Shown: positions 29,708 through 39,876, numbered from the stretch's first letter. The stretch is 64,000 nucleotides of DNA from Candidatus Heimdallarchaeum aukensis (GCA_021513695.1 CP084166.1:352001-416000); one strand, 5' to 3'. The notes: generated by a model from the sequence alone, not told the origin. Numbers and translations: made by a program.

Positions 29708-30277
29708 TTATCTTCTTCTTTTTCTTTTACTCTTTTTACTCTTTTTAATAGTTCTAAAAGCAATAATTAAAGACAGAATAGTAAAGATCAATCCAACAAT
29801 GGCATAAATAGGAAAGTTAGTGTCATAGTCACTTCCATATCGATCAATAAAGGTAAGATAAGAGACAAAACCCATAATGGTTGTACCTAAAATAAGTATG
29901 TCTGCAATGAATGCACCAATAGCTCCATGAATGAATAATAAAAGTAAAGCAGCTAGCAATAAATAAGGAATGATCAAAGTAAGTAATCCTTCTGTAGATA
30001 AATTGTTGTCGATATCTAAGAAACTTATTTCAACATCACTCACATAAAGAATGGCAAATAACTTTGTTCTATCAGTTAAAGCATCTCCTGCATATTCCCA
30101 TCTTCCATCTTCACTAAACCAGTTAAAGTTGTAAAAAGCTATTTCAAATTCATTATCATGAACAGATACTGCTCCTAGAGGAGTCATCATATATGTTGTA
30201 TCAAAACTATCAACATGATGAATACCAATAGGCATAATAAAAAGTATCAAAATAAAAACTACATTAAGAGCTTTCAT
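29708..30277 (-). CDS. Hypothetical membrane protein with a highly basic C-terminal tail
   Basis: 189 aa. N-terminal signal/anchor, then an extracytoplasmic segment, then two TM helices, ending KKSKKSKRKRRR. Confidence 0.45.
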   Translation of the reverse strand: MKALNVVFILILFIMPIGIHHVDSFDTTYMMTPLGAVSVHDNEFEIAFYNFNWFSEDGRWEYAGDALTDRTKLFAILYVSDVEISFLDIDNNLSTEGLLTLIIPYLLLAALLLLFIHGAIGAFIADILILGTTIMGFVSYLTFIDRYGSDYDTNFPIYAIVGLIFTILSLIIAFRTIKKSKKSKRKRRR

Positions 30278-30348
30278 ACGGGAAGGAAAGTGACATCATT
30301 CTTATTTTTTTCTAGAAACGTGAAACTAAACAAAAAAAGATAATAAAA

Positions 30349-31278
30349 TTAGTGAGAAATAGATTGTTCTACCTCAATCATTCCTGCAAGCTCTTCGACA
30401 TTTTCGATTATTTTCTTTGCAAATTCTTTTGAACCTGGATTGTGATGCATAAAGTAATAATTGGGAACTTCTACATAGGTACCGTTTTTCATATTTTCAG
30501 CTATTTTAACTGCATCTCCTCCTTTATGCATCCTATCCTTCATTGTACCATATAGCCATGAGCGTACATCAACCCTAATGTAATCATCGTAACAATTGTG
30601 ATTTATTATTGGGAAGCTCTTTTTCCAGTTTGAACCTTTTCCATTATCAAAGAGTTCAAAATAGGTTTTTCTCTGAATACCTTTAGGGATAGTCATCTTT
30701 ATCCATAATTTAAGTAAGGGTTTTGCTATGAAATTGTAAGTAAAGTCTGCTGGAAAATAAGCAAGAGGGATAAGTTGTCTAGGTATTGGAAAGCGTATTG
30801 TTGGGCTCATAAAAATAGACCCTCTAGGTTTAACAAATCCTTCTGCAATAGCGTGGGCATTAACTGCTGCACCAAAACAAGGACCTAACAAAACAGTTTT
30901 TTCAAGATCTAAACCATAATAGTCTATAGCTTCTTTTACATCAAGAGCATGTCTATCCATCGTTCCAGTGTGTTTCTTGTTCATTTTAGAAAAACGTTTT
31001 TCTCTAGTTTCTAGAACATATAAATCAAAATATTTGTACAATTCATCCCACGTGTCATTCCAACTGTAAGGAGCTGTTGACCAACCTGGAACAAAAAACA
31101 AACTAAACTTGGATGGATGCTTACCTTTTTTTGTATAATAAGAATAAAGTTCTGCTCCATCACTCATTGTGATAAATTCTTTTTTAGCTTCATTGTAGAA
31201 GAGTGCTTTTTGTGTATAATTTTTTGAAAAACTACTGTATATGTTCTCCTCCTCTTCTTCATCAATGGTATCATTCAT
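30349..31278 (-). CDS. Alpha/beta-hydrolase-fold protein with a Cys nucleophile (G-P-C-F-G); paralog 2 of 3
   Basis: 309 aa. Elbow LLGPCFGAAVNAHA. DRMH and MHHNPG motifs. Paralogous to 19006..19869 and 31445..32329. Confidence 0.6.
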   Translation of the reverse strand: MNDTIDEEEEENIYSSFSKNYTQKALFYNEAKKEFITMSDGAELYSYYTKKGKHPSKFSLFFVPGWSTAPYSWNDTWDELYKYFDLYVLETREKRFSKMNKKHTGTMDRHALDVKEAIDYYGLDLEKTVLLGPCFGAAVNAHAIAEGFVKPRGSIFMSPTIRFPIPRQLIPLAYFPADFTYNFIAKPLLKLWIKMTIPKGIQRKTYFELFDNGKGSNWKKSFPIINHNCYDDYIRVDVRSWLYGTMKDRMHKGGDAVKIAENMKNGTYVEVPNYYFMHHNPGSKEFAKKIIENVEELAGMIEVEQSISH

Positions 31279-31444
31279 TTTAGTCTGTTTGTAAAAAAAA
31301 CAGTTGCTTAAAAATTTTATCGGTAGTACAAAAATAAAATTACAATATTTTATAAATGTGTTTAGAAATTCATAAAAAAAGAAAACTTAGTCTATGTCTG
31401 TTCTAATTTAGAAAAGAAAAAGTAGAAAACAAAAATAAACAAGA

Positions 31445-32329
31445 TTAATTAGCTGTAGAAATTATTTTTTCAATGAAATCTTTAATAATTTGAGCATATT
31501 CTTTAGCTCCAGGATTATAATGAGCAAAATAGTATGAAGGAGTATCAACATATTCACCTTTAGGAATCATTTCAGCAACTTGTTTAGCTATAACTGCTTC
31601 ATGCATTCTGTCTTCAGTAGCTCCTGTAATCAAAGCAGGACAGTCAACATGAGGATAGTCAACAAAGGAGTCGTGCCAAGCAACAGCTAAAAACTTTTTC
31701 CAACGCATTCCAGTAGCGTTTCTAATATTGTTGATGTAAATATCTCTCTGCTTTCCTTTAGGCATGGACAAACTCAACCAAATAACAAGTAAAGGTTTAC
31801 CGATAATACCCATAAAAAATGCAGGGAGAACATAAGCTAAAGGAAGCAAAGCTTTGGGAAGGAAAAATTTCTTAGGGGGACCATTTAGAATAACACCTAA
31901 AGGTTCTATCTTTTTAGTTGCTACAGCATGTGAAATAATAGAAGCTCCAATACATGGCCCCATAAGAAAAGTCTTTTTTTCATCAAGATTGAAATAATCC
32001 ATAGCTTCTTTAACATCTAAAGATAAACGATCCATATTTGCTTTGTGTCCCCACTTAACTTTAGCACTTTTCGTCTCTCTTTTCTCTTGTACATAAAGAT
32101 TGTAGTCTTTATAGAGATGACTCCAAAGATCATTCCAAGAAAAAGGACCGGTGTTAAATCCAGGAACGAAAAAAATAGTGTAATCTTTATTCTTGTTAGT
32201 GTAATAGTGGAGTAACTCAGCACCATCAGACATTGGAACATATTCTTTTTTTGCTTCATCATAAAAGGATGTATCTTGAATATAATCTTCTGGAAATTTG
32301 TGCATGTTAATCAAGAGTAAATGAAGCAA
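31445..32329 (-). CDS. Alpha/beta-hydrolase-fold protein with a Cys nucleophile (G-P-C-I-G); paralog 3 of 3
   Basis: 294 aa. Elbow LMGPCIGASIISHA. EDRMHE and AHYNPG motifs. Tandem to paralog 2. Confidence 0.6.
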   Translation of the reverse strand: MLHLLLINMHKFPEDYIQDTSFYDEAKKEYVPMSDGAELLHYYTNKNKDYTIFFVPGFNTGPFSWNDLWSHLYKDYNLYVQEKRETKSAKVKWGHKANMDRLSLDVKEAMDYFNLDEKKTFLMGPCIGASIISHAVATKKIEPLGVILNGPPKKFFLPKALLPLAYVLPAFFMGIIGKPLLVIWLSLSMPKGKQRDIYINNIRNATGMRWKKFLAVAWHDSFVDYPHVDCPALITGATEDRMHEAVIAKQVAEMIPKGEYVDTPSYYFAHYNPGAKEYAQIIKDFIEKIISTAN

Positions 32330-32552
32330 TGAGTATTTATTTTTTTGCTTGAAAAGTTGCTAATTTGTTTGAAACAATGCAACAAACTTCTCAATAATTG
32401 GCTAATTTAGTATTGTAAGTTTATCAGGTTAAAAATTGTAAAAATAAAAAAATGAAAAATAATTAATAAAAATAAGAGATTTTTTGCTTTAAATGCTTGA
32501 TCTTTTATTTAGGCACTATTTATTTAACGAAGAACCTTGATTTTTTTATTAT

Positions 32553-32900
32553 TCATTGTGGCCAAGTTATTCTTATTATAAACTTTTTAGCTCTAGCACG
32601 ATAAAATTTCATTAAAATTGAATATTCGTTGATTTTTTCTCTAGAGATAAATATTAAATTATGCTTCAGCAAATCAGTAATATGCCTCTTTATTGTTCCA
32701 GGGTTCATTCCTGTTTTATTTTTTATGTCTATAATTGTCATTTCTTTATCTATTAACATTTTTAGAATAAAACCTTTTTTTTCGTGAAACAAAATGGGTA
32801 CTACTTCAGGATTAGAAATAATTATCTCCTCTTGTTGTTCATTTCTTTCTTTTTCTTCTCTTGTTTTGCCCATTTTTTCAACTTCCATCTCTTTATTCAT
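32553..32900 (-). CDS. ArsR/SmtB-like winged-helix transcription regulator
   Basis: 115 aa. HTH region ILKMLIDKEMTIIDIKNKTGMNPGTIKRHITDLLKHNLIF. Last gene of the ABC operon, overlapping the upstream membrane-protein gene by 8 nt. Confidence 0.5.
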   Translation of the reverse strand: MNKEMEVEKMGKTREEKERNEQQEEIIISNPEVVPILFHEKKGFILKMLIDKEMTIIDIKNKTGMNPGTIKRHITDLLKHNLIFISREKINEYSILMKFYRARAKKFIIRITWPQ

Positions 32901-33837
32901 TCTGTTCTTTTTTCTTGTTCATAATTTCTTTCTTTTCCGTTTCTCCTTCTGTTTTTTGAACATTTGCAAAAATCAAACTATTATAAATTCTAGTTGCCAG
33001 CAATGCTCTCATTGGCATTCCAATAAATATAATTAGCAAGTATGATAAAACTACAAAAACTAACATTATTCTTATTAAAATTATATCTATTCCTGCTACA
33101 GTTAATGAAATGGTTAGAAGTGAGAATACCAGCAAGGGTAGCTGAAAGACTAAGAAATATACTCCCCATGTAGTTATCAAACGTTTAGGATTTTCTTTTA
33201 ATATTTTAAATGACTCATCAAAACTTTTAGTAAAACTTCCTTGTGCTGTAACGCTAGGTAAAGTAATACTAAATATAACTAAAAATATCCAAGATAAAAC
33301 AAACTGTAGAATTCTGAGTGTAATTACAAGAGTTATCTCGACAGAGGTAATAGAAGTTATTTTTACAGGATGAATAAACCTCCTATCAGGAATAAACATA
33401 CTTATTCCCATAATAAAAGTGAGTAAAACATATTTCCACCAATGTTTTCTGAAATAGCTAAAAGAACTCTTAAACTCTGCAAACATATCTCCAGAAGAAA
33501 AAATATCATAAGCTAGTCCATATTGGCAGTTCAAAAAACCAACTAACACAATGTATGATAATAAGGTTATTAAAGCAACAAATAATCTTGAAGAATTGTA
33601 ATTTTGCTTTATTGAAACAAAAAGATCACTTACAGATAAATTAGGAAGAATAATATAAATTAGAGATAATATTGAAAATAGAACCATATAAGTAATTAAG
33701 AAAGCAACAATAGCAAATAATTCTGTTGCAATAAAAGCTTTATAATTCTCCTTTAACATAGTAAAACTAACTTTAAAATCAGTTTTTGTACTCTCACCAA
33801 TTGTTTTTTTCTGCGTTTTTTGGTTCATTACTATCAC
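32893..33837 (-). CDS. Hypothetical polytopic membrane protein
   Basis: 314 aa with about 8 TM helices, inside the ABC-2/ArsR operon. Confidence 0.45.
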   Translation of the reverse strand: MIVMNQKTQKKTIGESTKTDFKVSFTMLKENYKAFIATELFAIVAFLITYMVLFSILSLIYIILPNLSVSDLFVSIKQNYNSSRLFVALITLLSYIVLVGFLNCQYGLAYDIFSSGDMFAEFKSSFSYFRKHWWKYVLLTFIMGISMFIPDRRFIHPVKITSITSVEITLVITLRILQFVLSWIFLVIFSITLPSVTAQGSFTKSFDESFKILKENPKRLITTWGVYFLVFQLPLLVFSLLTISLTVAGIDIILIRIMLVFVVLSYLLIIFIGMPMRALLATRIYNSLIFANVQKTEGETEKKEIMNKKKEQNE

Positions 33838-34001
33838 TGTAAGTTTTCATTATTTATTTGTTGTGTGATTCTTTTCTTAACTTACTTTATTTTTCTAATT
33901 AACTTCCTAACGAAATTACTATTGGTTCATTGTGCTAAAGGAAAACAAAAGAAAATAAAGAAAACGAAAGAATAGAGAAAAAGCTTACTCTCTTTGTTCA
34001 T

Positions 34002-34883
34002 CTATCCTTGTTTTTGTTGCCTTCTTCTGAAGAAATAGTAAGCAAAGCCAAGTAATATCGCAGAATATACTAACATTCCAATTATTGCTCCTGTAACACT
34101 TGGAGTGATCCAACTCATATAAGTTGGTCCAGTACCTGTTCGAGACCTTAGTGCTCTTTCTACATATCTTTCTTCTGGCATAGCAAAGGATTCTGTGATA
34201 ATTGAACTATAATAAGTCAGTATAAAGAATGGCTCCCATGTTACTCCAGTAAACATAAGTATTGAGTTTACCAAATTGAATACCATTAAAATCATAAGTA
34301 TGCTTGTGACTACTGTTGCACTAGTACTTTTCATAAAACTACTAAAGAATGCTACAAAAGACAATACCAGAAAAGTATATAATAGAGCCCATAGCATTGA
34401 AATCCAAATAGTTCCAGGTAAAGAATTGTATTTTATTGCTGTTGTTATACCAACTAACAAATAGTAGATTATAACTGAAAGCGCTGAAAGTAGGTATCGA
34501 GCTAGCATTCTACCAGTAAAAAGTCGTCCTTTTGTAATTTTGGGGAAAATCAAGTTTCCTGTATGACTGTTATAATCTTCTGCAATTATTGAACCACCAA
34601 AAGTTGTCGCTATAATCATTATTAGAAAGTCAATTAGTATAAGATAACTTTTAATGTAGTCTACGGGATCCTCAGGGGCATCAGCTCCTCTACCTTCTTG
34701 AATAAGATTGATAGCCATTGACATCAAATAAATTAAAAGTAAAGCAATAAACATCATAAAGAAATTCTTTAGATTACGCTTAATTTCAAAATTTACTGTA
34801 GATTTTATCTGAACAAAACCTCTCCTTAACCCAGTTTTTGTTCTTTCTATTTCTAGATTTTCATTTTTATTGATTGTTATCAT
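34002..34883 (-). CDS. ABC-2-type transporter permease
   Basis: 293 aa. N-terminal cytoplasmic segment followed by 6 TM helices. Directly downstream of the ABC ATPase. Confidence 0.55.
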   Translation of the reverse strand: MITINKNENLEIERTKTGLRRGFVQIKSTVNFEIKRNLKNFFMMFIALLLIYLMSMAINLIQEGRGADAPEDPVDYIKSYLILIDFLIMIIATTFGGSIIAEDYNSHTGNLIFPKITKGRLFTGRMLARYLLSALSVIIYYLLVGITTAIKYNSLPGTIWISMLWALLYTFLVLSFVAFFSSFMKSTSATVVTSILMILMVFNLVNSILMFTGVTWEPFFILTYYSSIITESFAMPEERYVERALRSRTGTGPTYMSWITPSVTGAIIGMLVYSAILLGFAYYFFRRRQQKQG

Positions 34884-34917
34884 TTTTTTTACCTCATATG
34901 TATTTTAATTCGTTTGT

Positions 34918-35994
34918 TTAATTCGCTACAGAGACAGCTACCCTTGTTTTTTCAATTTCGCCGTTTTCATGCTCAAAACCCAAGTCAGTTTGTGAAATGT
35001 ATTTAAGATACAAATCTTCCAACAAGTTAGTTCTTGGAACCGAAACTCCCAAAACTTTTAATCCGCTGTGAGCAAGAGCATCAAAAATAACTTGCTGTTT
35101 TTCAGGACTTCCATCAAATGTAACTTCAAACAGTTTTAAATCAGTGTTATAAGTAACTGCTTCTTTACCTAAATTACTTAAACCATTTATTTTACCTATA
35201 ATATCGTTTAAAACAACCAAAGTTTTTTCAGTATCATATGGTTGCAATATCTCTATTTGTAAGACACTTCTCTTTGACATCTTTTCGAGGTTTTCTAAAG
35301 TATCAAAAGCAATTAACTGACCATTATAAATAATACCTATCCTGTCAGCAAGCTCACTAATCTCATATAATAAATGACTACTAATGAAAACAGTCTTACC
35401 TTTGGCTTTTAGGCCTTTTATAAATGCCCGCACCTCTTTCCTCGCTTTAGGATCCAAACCAGTCTGGGGTTCATCAAGAATAACAACTTCAGGATCATGA
35501 ACTATGGCAGAAACAATACCTATTTTCTGTCTCATACCCTTAGAAAAAGTACCAAGCTTTTTGTCAATCCAATCAGACATACCAATTATCTCAACAACCT
35601 CTTCAACTCTGCTATTGATCAACTTTTTAGGATAACCCTTTAACTCAGCAAAATAACTTAAAACCTGTCTAGGAGTCATATGCTTATAAAAAGCAGGATT
35701 TTCAATGAGAAAACCAACATTGTCTAAAAGATAGTCTTTGGACTTATGAGTTAATTTCTGCAAAGAACCATTACCCTTTATCCAAATTTCACCATCGTCA
35801 GGAATTAATAACCTGGCAATCATTTTCATTGTAGTAGATTTTCCTGCTCCATTAGGACCCAAAAAACCTATTATCTCTCCCTTCTTTATGTCCAAGGAGA
35901 TATTATTAACTGCAATAAAACTTCCAAATGTCTTAGTGACATTCCTTAAGCTTATCACAATATCTTCATCATTTTTCAAACTAGCATTGTTCAT
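34918..35994 (-). CDS. ABC transporter ATP-binding protein (ABC-2 subfamily, with a C-terminal regulatory extension)
   Basis: Walker A GPNGAGKST, Q-loop, signature FSKGMRQKIG, Walker B VILDEPQTGLD, H-loop SSHLL. Confidence 0.85.
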   Translation of the reverse strand: MNNASLKNDEDIVISLRNVTKTFGSFIAVNNISLDIKKGEIIGFLGPNGAGKSTTMKMIARLLIPDDGEIWIKGNGSLQKLTHKSKDYLLDNVGFLIENPAFYKHMTPRQVLSYFAELKGYPKKLINSRVEEVVEIIGMSDWIDKKLGTFSKGMRQKIGIVSAIVHDPEVVILDEPQTGLDPKARKEVRAFIKGLKAKGKTVFISSHLLYEISELADRIGIIYNGQLIAFDTLENLEKMSKRSVLQIEILQPYDTEKTLVVLNDIIGKINGLSNLGKEAVTYNTDLKLFEVTFDGSPEKQQVIFDALAHSGLKVLGVSVPRTNLLEDLYLKYISQTDLGFEHENGEIEKTRVAVSVAN

Positions 35995-36042
35995 TTAATC
36001 ACCTTTCTATCTAAGAATAGAACAATTTTCAAGATATAAAAA

Positions 36043-36063
36043 CGTTTGCATTTTTCGCAAACG
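36043..36063. promoter_or_regulatory. Perfect 7-bp inverted repeat, CGTTTGC-N7-GCAAACG (operator candidate), in the divergent promoter region
   Basis: Direct reading of aaacgtttgcatttttcgcaaacgctt. It lies about 50 nt upstream of the ABC-ATPase start (35994, minus strand) and in the 350-nt gap before the plus-strand gene at 36348. Confidence 0.4.
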
Positions 36064-36347
36064 CTTGACAAATATGAAAAAGGTGGAATAATCAGTGAAT
36101 ATCATTCATAAACTTAAACAACTTTAATCAGATAGTAACTGTTGATAAAGACAATGGGGTTATTCGTTTTCTTAACAAATATAATAATTTATGAAACAGT
36201 GGACGAAGATAAAAAGAAAAGATAGTTGGAAAACATTTTTTTCCTGTAAATTTGTGATTTATTGTTTAAATAGAAATATATTCGAGAATAATCTCTTTTA
36301 TGAATTTTCTAAAAATGCTTTTATGCTAGAACCCTAAGTTTGTTTAT

Positions 36348-36998
36348 ATGAAAAAGTCTTCTGAAAAAATAATTTTGACTATTTGTTATAATAACGAGGA
36401 AACATGTGATAGTTGTTCTCTTTTTGGTAATTTAATGTGTAAGTTAGATCACAAAGACTCGATTATATTTATTTGGCCATTTTTAACAATGATTGGCCTT
36501 TTAACTGCAGGTATTGTAATAACAAGAGTAAAGGTTGGTACTCCTTGGTGGGCAATAATTACTTTCATAGGGGTATATTTTCTGTATATGCTTTTTTTCT
36601 TTAACATCTGGGAAAGTAAGATTCTCTGCAGTCATTGTCCTTTCTATATTATCGACGATTCAAAGATTCTAAAATGTTATGCGAATTATGGTTTCTTAAA
36701 AACAGCTAAATACAACCCTGCACCCATTTCTAAATCTGAGCAAATACAGTTTTTAATAGGAGCTTTGTTGCTTTTTTTTATTCCGATAACTTTTCTTTTG
36801 ATTATTCAGAACTTTCTTTTTGCAGGGTTAGTTTCTTTAAGCACAATAATCTTTTTTGTTAATACTATGAATACTTCTTGTAAGAAATGTCCTAATTTCT
36901 CTTGTATCCTAAATAGGGTTCCTGAAGAGTGGAAAGAAGAATATTTTAAAAAGAATGAACTTATGAAAAAAGCATGGGAAGAAAGCAAACAAAAGTAA
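36348..36998 (+). CDS. Cys-rich integral membrane protein (putative metal-binding; CxxC-type pairs)
   Basis: 216 aa. Cys clusters TCDSCSLFGNLMC, CSHCPFY and CKKCPNFSC flank four hydrophobic helices. Confidence 0.45.
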   Translation: MKKSSEKIILTICYNNEETCDSCSLFGNLMCKLDHKDSIIFIWPFLTMIGLLTAGIVITRVKVGTPWWAIITFIGVYFLYMLFFFNIWESKILCSHCPFYIIDDSKILKCYANYGFLKTAKYNPAPISKSEQIQFLIGALLLFFIPITFLLIIQNFLFAGLVSLSTIIFFVNTMNTSCKKCPNFSCILNRVPEEWKEEYFKKNELMKKAWEESKQK

Positions 36999-37082
36999 TT
37001 TTTATTAACATTTTTTCTTCAATTTCTCTTTTTTGTAAATAAAATTAAAAAAATTTAAAAACAACTGACTATTTTAGAAACC

Positions 37083-38525
37083 ATGAGCATTGTAAAAAAA
37101 ACAAATAAAAAGAATGTTTTTCTATTTAGTTTCTACGACATTGCTAATACAGTTTATTCACAAGTTATACAAAGTACAATTATTTTGCGTTATATTCAAA
37201 TTATAGGTCAAGTAGAGAATGGAATGACTAAAGATCAAGCCTATTTTGTTTTTACCACAATTCAAGCTTTGAGTCAAATTTTAGTTGTTGCTCTCATTCC
37301 TCTTTTTGGAGCAATGATGGATAGAGCTGGTAGAAAAAAACCTTTTGTACTTACTATCACTGGAATTACTTTAATTAGCACTTCCCTTTTCTGGATTAAG
37401 AAGAGTATAGCTGTTGTGATGACGCTTTTTATTTTAGCGAACCTCGCTTATTGGGCTGCTCTTGCCGCTTATGATGCGATGATACCTTCTTTGGCTGCAG
37501 AAAAAGATATTGGTAAGACTTCAGGGATAGCAATGGGTTTAGGTTGGGTTTCTATAATTCCCGCTATAGGAATAACTATACTTGCTAATTCTCTTTGGGG
37601 ACAACCAAACGCTGACCCCAATCAAGGACCAGTTGTTTATGGTTATTATGCTAACCCTTGGACATATATTATGACTGTAGGTTTGTTTATTCTATTCTTA
37701 ATACCATTCTTGTTCACAAAAGAAAAAGCTAAACCTGGCGAGTTTCCTAAATTTAAGGAGTTACTAAATGATTCATTTGGAGAACTCTATCGTACCTTTA
37801 GAGATATTAGAAAACATAAAGAGATGTTCAAATTCATAATTGGCTACTTCTTCATTGTTGACATGGCCAACACAGCAAATATCATCCTCTTAGATGTTCT
37901 TAGAGATGCAATAGGTTTTCCTGAAAGTCAAAGTCTAATACTCCAGCTTCCTGTAGTCTTTGCAGCTATATTTGTTATTCCTATAATTGGTTGGATGGGT
38001 GATAAATTTGGTGCTAAAGCAACAGTATGGACTGTAGGAGCACTATATATTACAGGACTTATTTCAGGAATATTTGCTATATGGTATGGTAAGAAATCTG
38101 TCTCTCCTGGACTAACATTAATGTTCATTCTTACTTTCGTTATGATGATCTGTGTAGGTATAGGTTTAGGTTCAACGTGGGTAGTTCAAAGGGTAATGAT
38201 ACTAAAACTTGCTCCACCAGAAAAAGTAGGTGAATACGTGGGTTTCTCTTACATTGCAGGGAGATTGAACGCTTCTGTGGCGATTTTTATCTGGGGAGGA
38301 ATAATTAAGGTGTTCTATCCTATTTTCAATGCTAAAGGGTATGATTATCGAACTTATTCTGTAGGACTACTATTCTTGCTCTTTTTACTAGTTGTAGGAA
38401 TGGTAATAACATTCTTCGTTAAAATACCCACAGATGAAGAAAGAAAGAAGTGGGCAGAGGATTATATAAATAAAGGAATGAAAACACAAACTGAACTAGA
38501 AAAAGAGCAGATGAAGAAATCTTGA
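37083..38525 (+). CDS. MFS transporter
   Basis: 480 aa, about 12 TM helices. Motif MDRAGRKKPF after TM2. Confidence 0.7.
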   Translation: MSIVKKTNKKNVFLFSFYDIANTVYSQVIQSTIILRYIQIIGQVENGMTKDQAYFVFTTIQALSQILVVALIPLFGAMMDRAGRKKPFVLTITGITLISTSLFWIKKSIAVVMTLFILANLAYWAALAAYDAMIPSLAAEKDIGKTSGIAMGLGWVSIIPAIGITILANSLWGQPNADPNQGPVVYGYYANPWTYIMTVGLFILFLIPFLFTKEKAKPGEFPKFKELLNDSFGELYRTFRDIRKHKEMFKFIIGYFFIVDMANTANIILLDVLRDAIGFPESQSLILQLPVVFAAIFVIPIIGWMGDKFGAKATVWTVGALYITGLISGIFAIWYGKKSVSPGLTLMFILTFVMMICVGIGLGSTWVVQRVMILKLAPPEKVGEYVGFSYIAGRLNASVAIFIWGGIIKVFYPIFNAKGYDYRTYSVGLLFLLFLLVVGMVITFFVKIPTDEERKKWAEDYINKGMKTQTELEKEQMKKS

Positions 38526-38651
38526 TCCCTCTTTTACTCATAATTTTTTAAAAGAAATCTTAATTTCTCTTTTTTTATCATTTTTTTATCTATAAGAATC
38601 ATTTAAAGCTGAATAAGAAGATTTTTTTATTACGCTTCTATTGTTGTTTTA

Positions 38652-39692
38652 ATGAGGATTCTACAGAATAAAAAAAATAAAATCCTAGTTATCTTTACTT
38701 TTACGGTCTTTTGTTTAATGTTTGCTTACAACATTGTGGGAAAACCCACAAAAGATGAAAATGCAATGCTTTATTCTTATCAGAACATGTTAATCGTTCG
38801 ATATCACGATATAAGAGTAGATATTAGTTCTGTAGATGAGATTTTATGTAAGGAATCTTTTATTATTGAAAACTTTGAAAATAGTAGTCTTGACACAATT
38901 CCTTTGTGGTTCAATTATTCTATTAGTTCAATTAAAATTAAAGACATTAACGGTTCTCTTCTCTATAATTGGAAAGTTGTTGAAACTAATTCTAACTTTG
39001 TAGAAGTTTATTTAAGGAAAAACATAACATTACATGAAATTGCTTCCTTTTCGGTAGAATATGAACTGTTAAAAGATATTCCTCTGATACCAGCAGAAAA
39101 AAATTATTACTTATTTGAGTTTTATACATCTATTACCTATTCAACATCTGTATTAAATGTGGAGTTTTCTCTACCTGAAAATAGTTTTATTCATCAGAGT
39201 GATGAATCAATTTATCCAAACAATGGAGTACAGAAAATAAATTATAATAGAATAACTGTTTCATGGCAAAGCAATAATGTAAGTGCTTTCTCTAATCCCT
39301 TATTTTATGCTAAGTTTAACGAGCCCATAACTGTTGAAGAAAAACAAGGTTTTTTTGAAAAAGCTCTTAATCTTTTTCTTTCTGGTTTATTACTTGGCTT
39401 TTTCTTGGGTATAAGTTTTCTTTCTTGGTTTGCAAGATATAAAGAAAAAAGAGCAAAGAAGCAACTAGGTTTAACTCTTCTAGATGAAAATCAAAAAGAA
39501 TTGATTAAAATAGTTTATGAACACAATGGAAAAATAAGTCAGAAAGAAATGTGTACAGTTACAGGTTTTTCTAAATCAAAGATTAGCAGAAATTTGATTC
39601 CTTTAGAAAAAAGAGGGCTGATTTACAGAGAAAAATGGGGAAGAACATATGTTATCCACCTTACTAAAGAAGGAAAAACAGTTATTGAGTAA
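38652..39692 (+). CDS. Membrane-anchored transcription regulator: extracytoplasmic domain, then a TM helix, then a C-terminal cytoplasmic winged HTH (MarR/TrmB-like)
   Basis: 346 aa. N-terminal anchor ILVIFTFTVFCLMFAYNIV. About 200-aa extracytoplasmic region. Second TM LFLSGLLLGFFLGISFLSWF followed by RYKEKRAKKQ. wHTH region LTLLDENQKELIKIVYEHNGKISQKEMCTVTGFSKSKISRNLIPLEKRGLIYREKWGRTYVIHLTKEG. Confidence 0.55.
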   Translation: MRILQNKKNKILVIFTFTVFCLMFAYNIVGKPTKDENAMLYSYQNMLIVRYHDIRVDISSVDEILCKESFIIENFENSSLDTIPLWFNYSISSIKIKDINGSLLYNWKVVETNSNFVEVYLRKNITLHEIASFSVEYELLKDIPLIPAEKNYYLFEFYTSITYSTSVLNVEFSLPENSFIHQSDESIYPNNGVQKINYNRITVSWQSNNVSAFSNPLFYAKFNEPITVEEKQGFFEKALNLFLSGLLLGFFLGISFLSWFARYKEKRAKKQLGLTLLDENQKELIKIVYEHNGKISQKEMCTVTGFSKSKISRNLIPLEKRGLIYREKWGRTYVIHLTKEGKTVIE

Positions 39693-39821
39693 AACAAATG
39701 AAATTATAGATAGCAAATTCTTGTAGACTAGTTACTTTTTCAATTTTAGTTTCTAATTTCCTTTATTTGTTTATTTGTTTATTATAGGCCGTGATTTTAT
39801 ATGATTGTAAGTTTTTCAAAT

Positions 39822-39876
39822 CGTTTCACTTTTGTTTCACAAGTCATGCAACCGTTTCTATACTGTTTCACTTTTG
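39822..39876 (+). promoter_or_regulatory. Two direct repeats of GTTTCACTTTTG (plus a degenerate third copy, CGTTTCTATAC) about 45-100 nt upstream of the surface-protein gene
   Basis: Direct reading: tcgtttcacttttgtttcac ... accgtttctatactgtttcacttttgatg. The repeats are spaced 42 bp apart, centre to centre. Confidence 0.4.

Noticed and set aside
39822-39876. CRISPR array or other interspaced repeat locus
   Set aside because: There are only two or three short (12-nt) repeats with unequal spacers, and no cas genes in the window. The repeats fit a promoter or operator element better. No CRISPR-like array was seen anywhere in the window.
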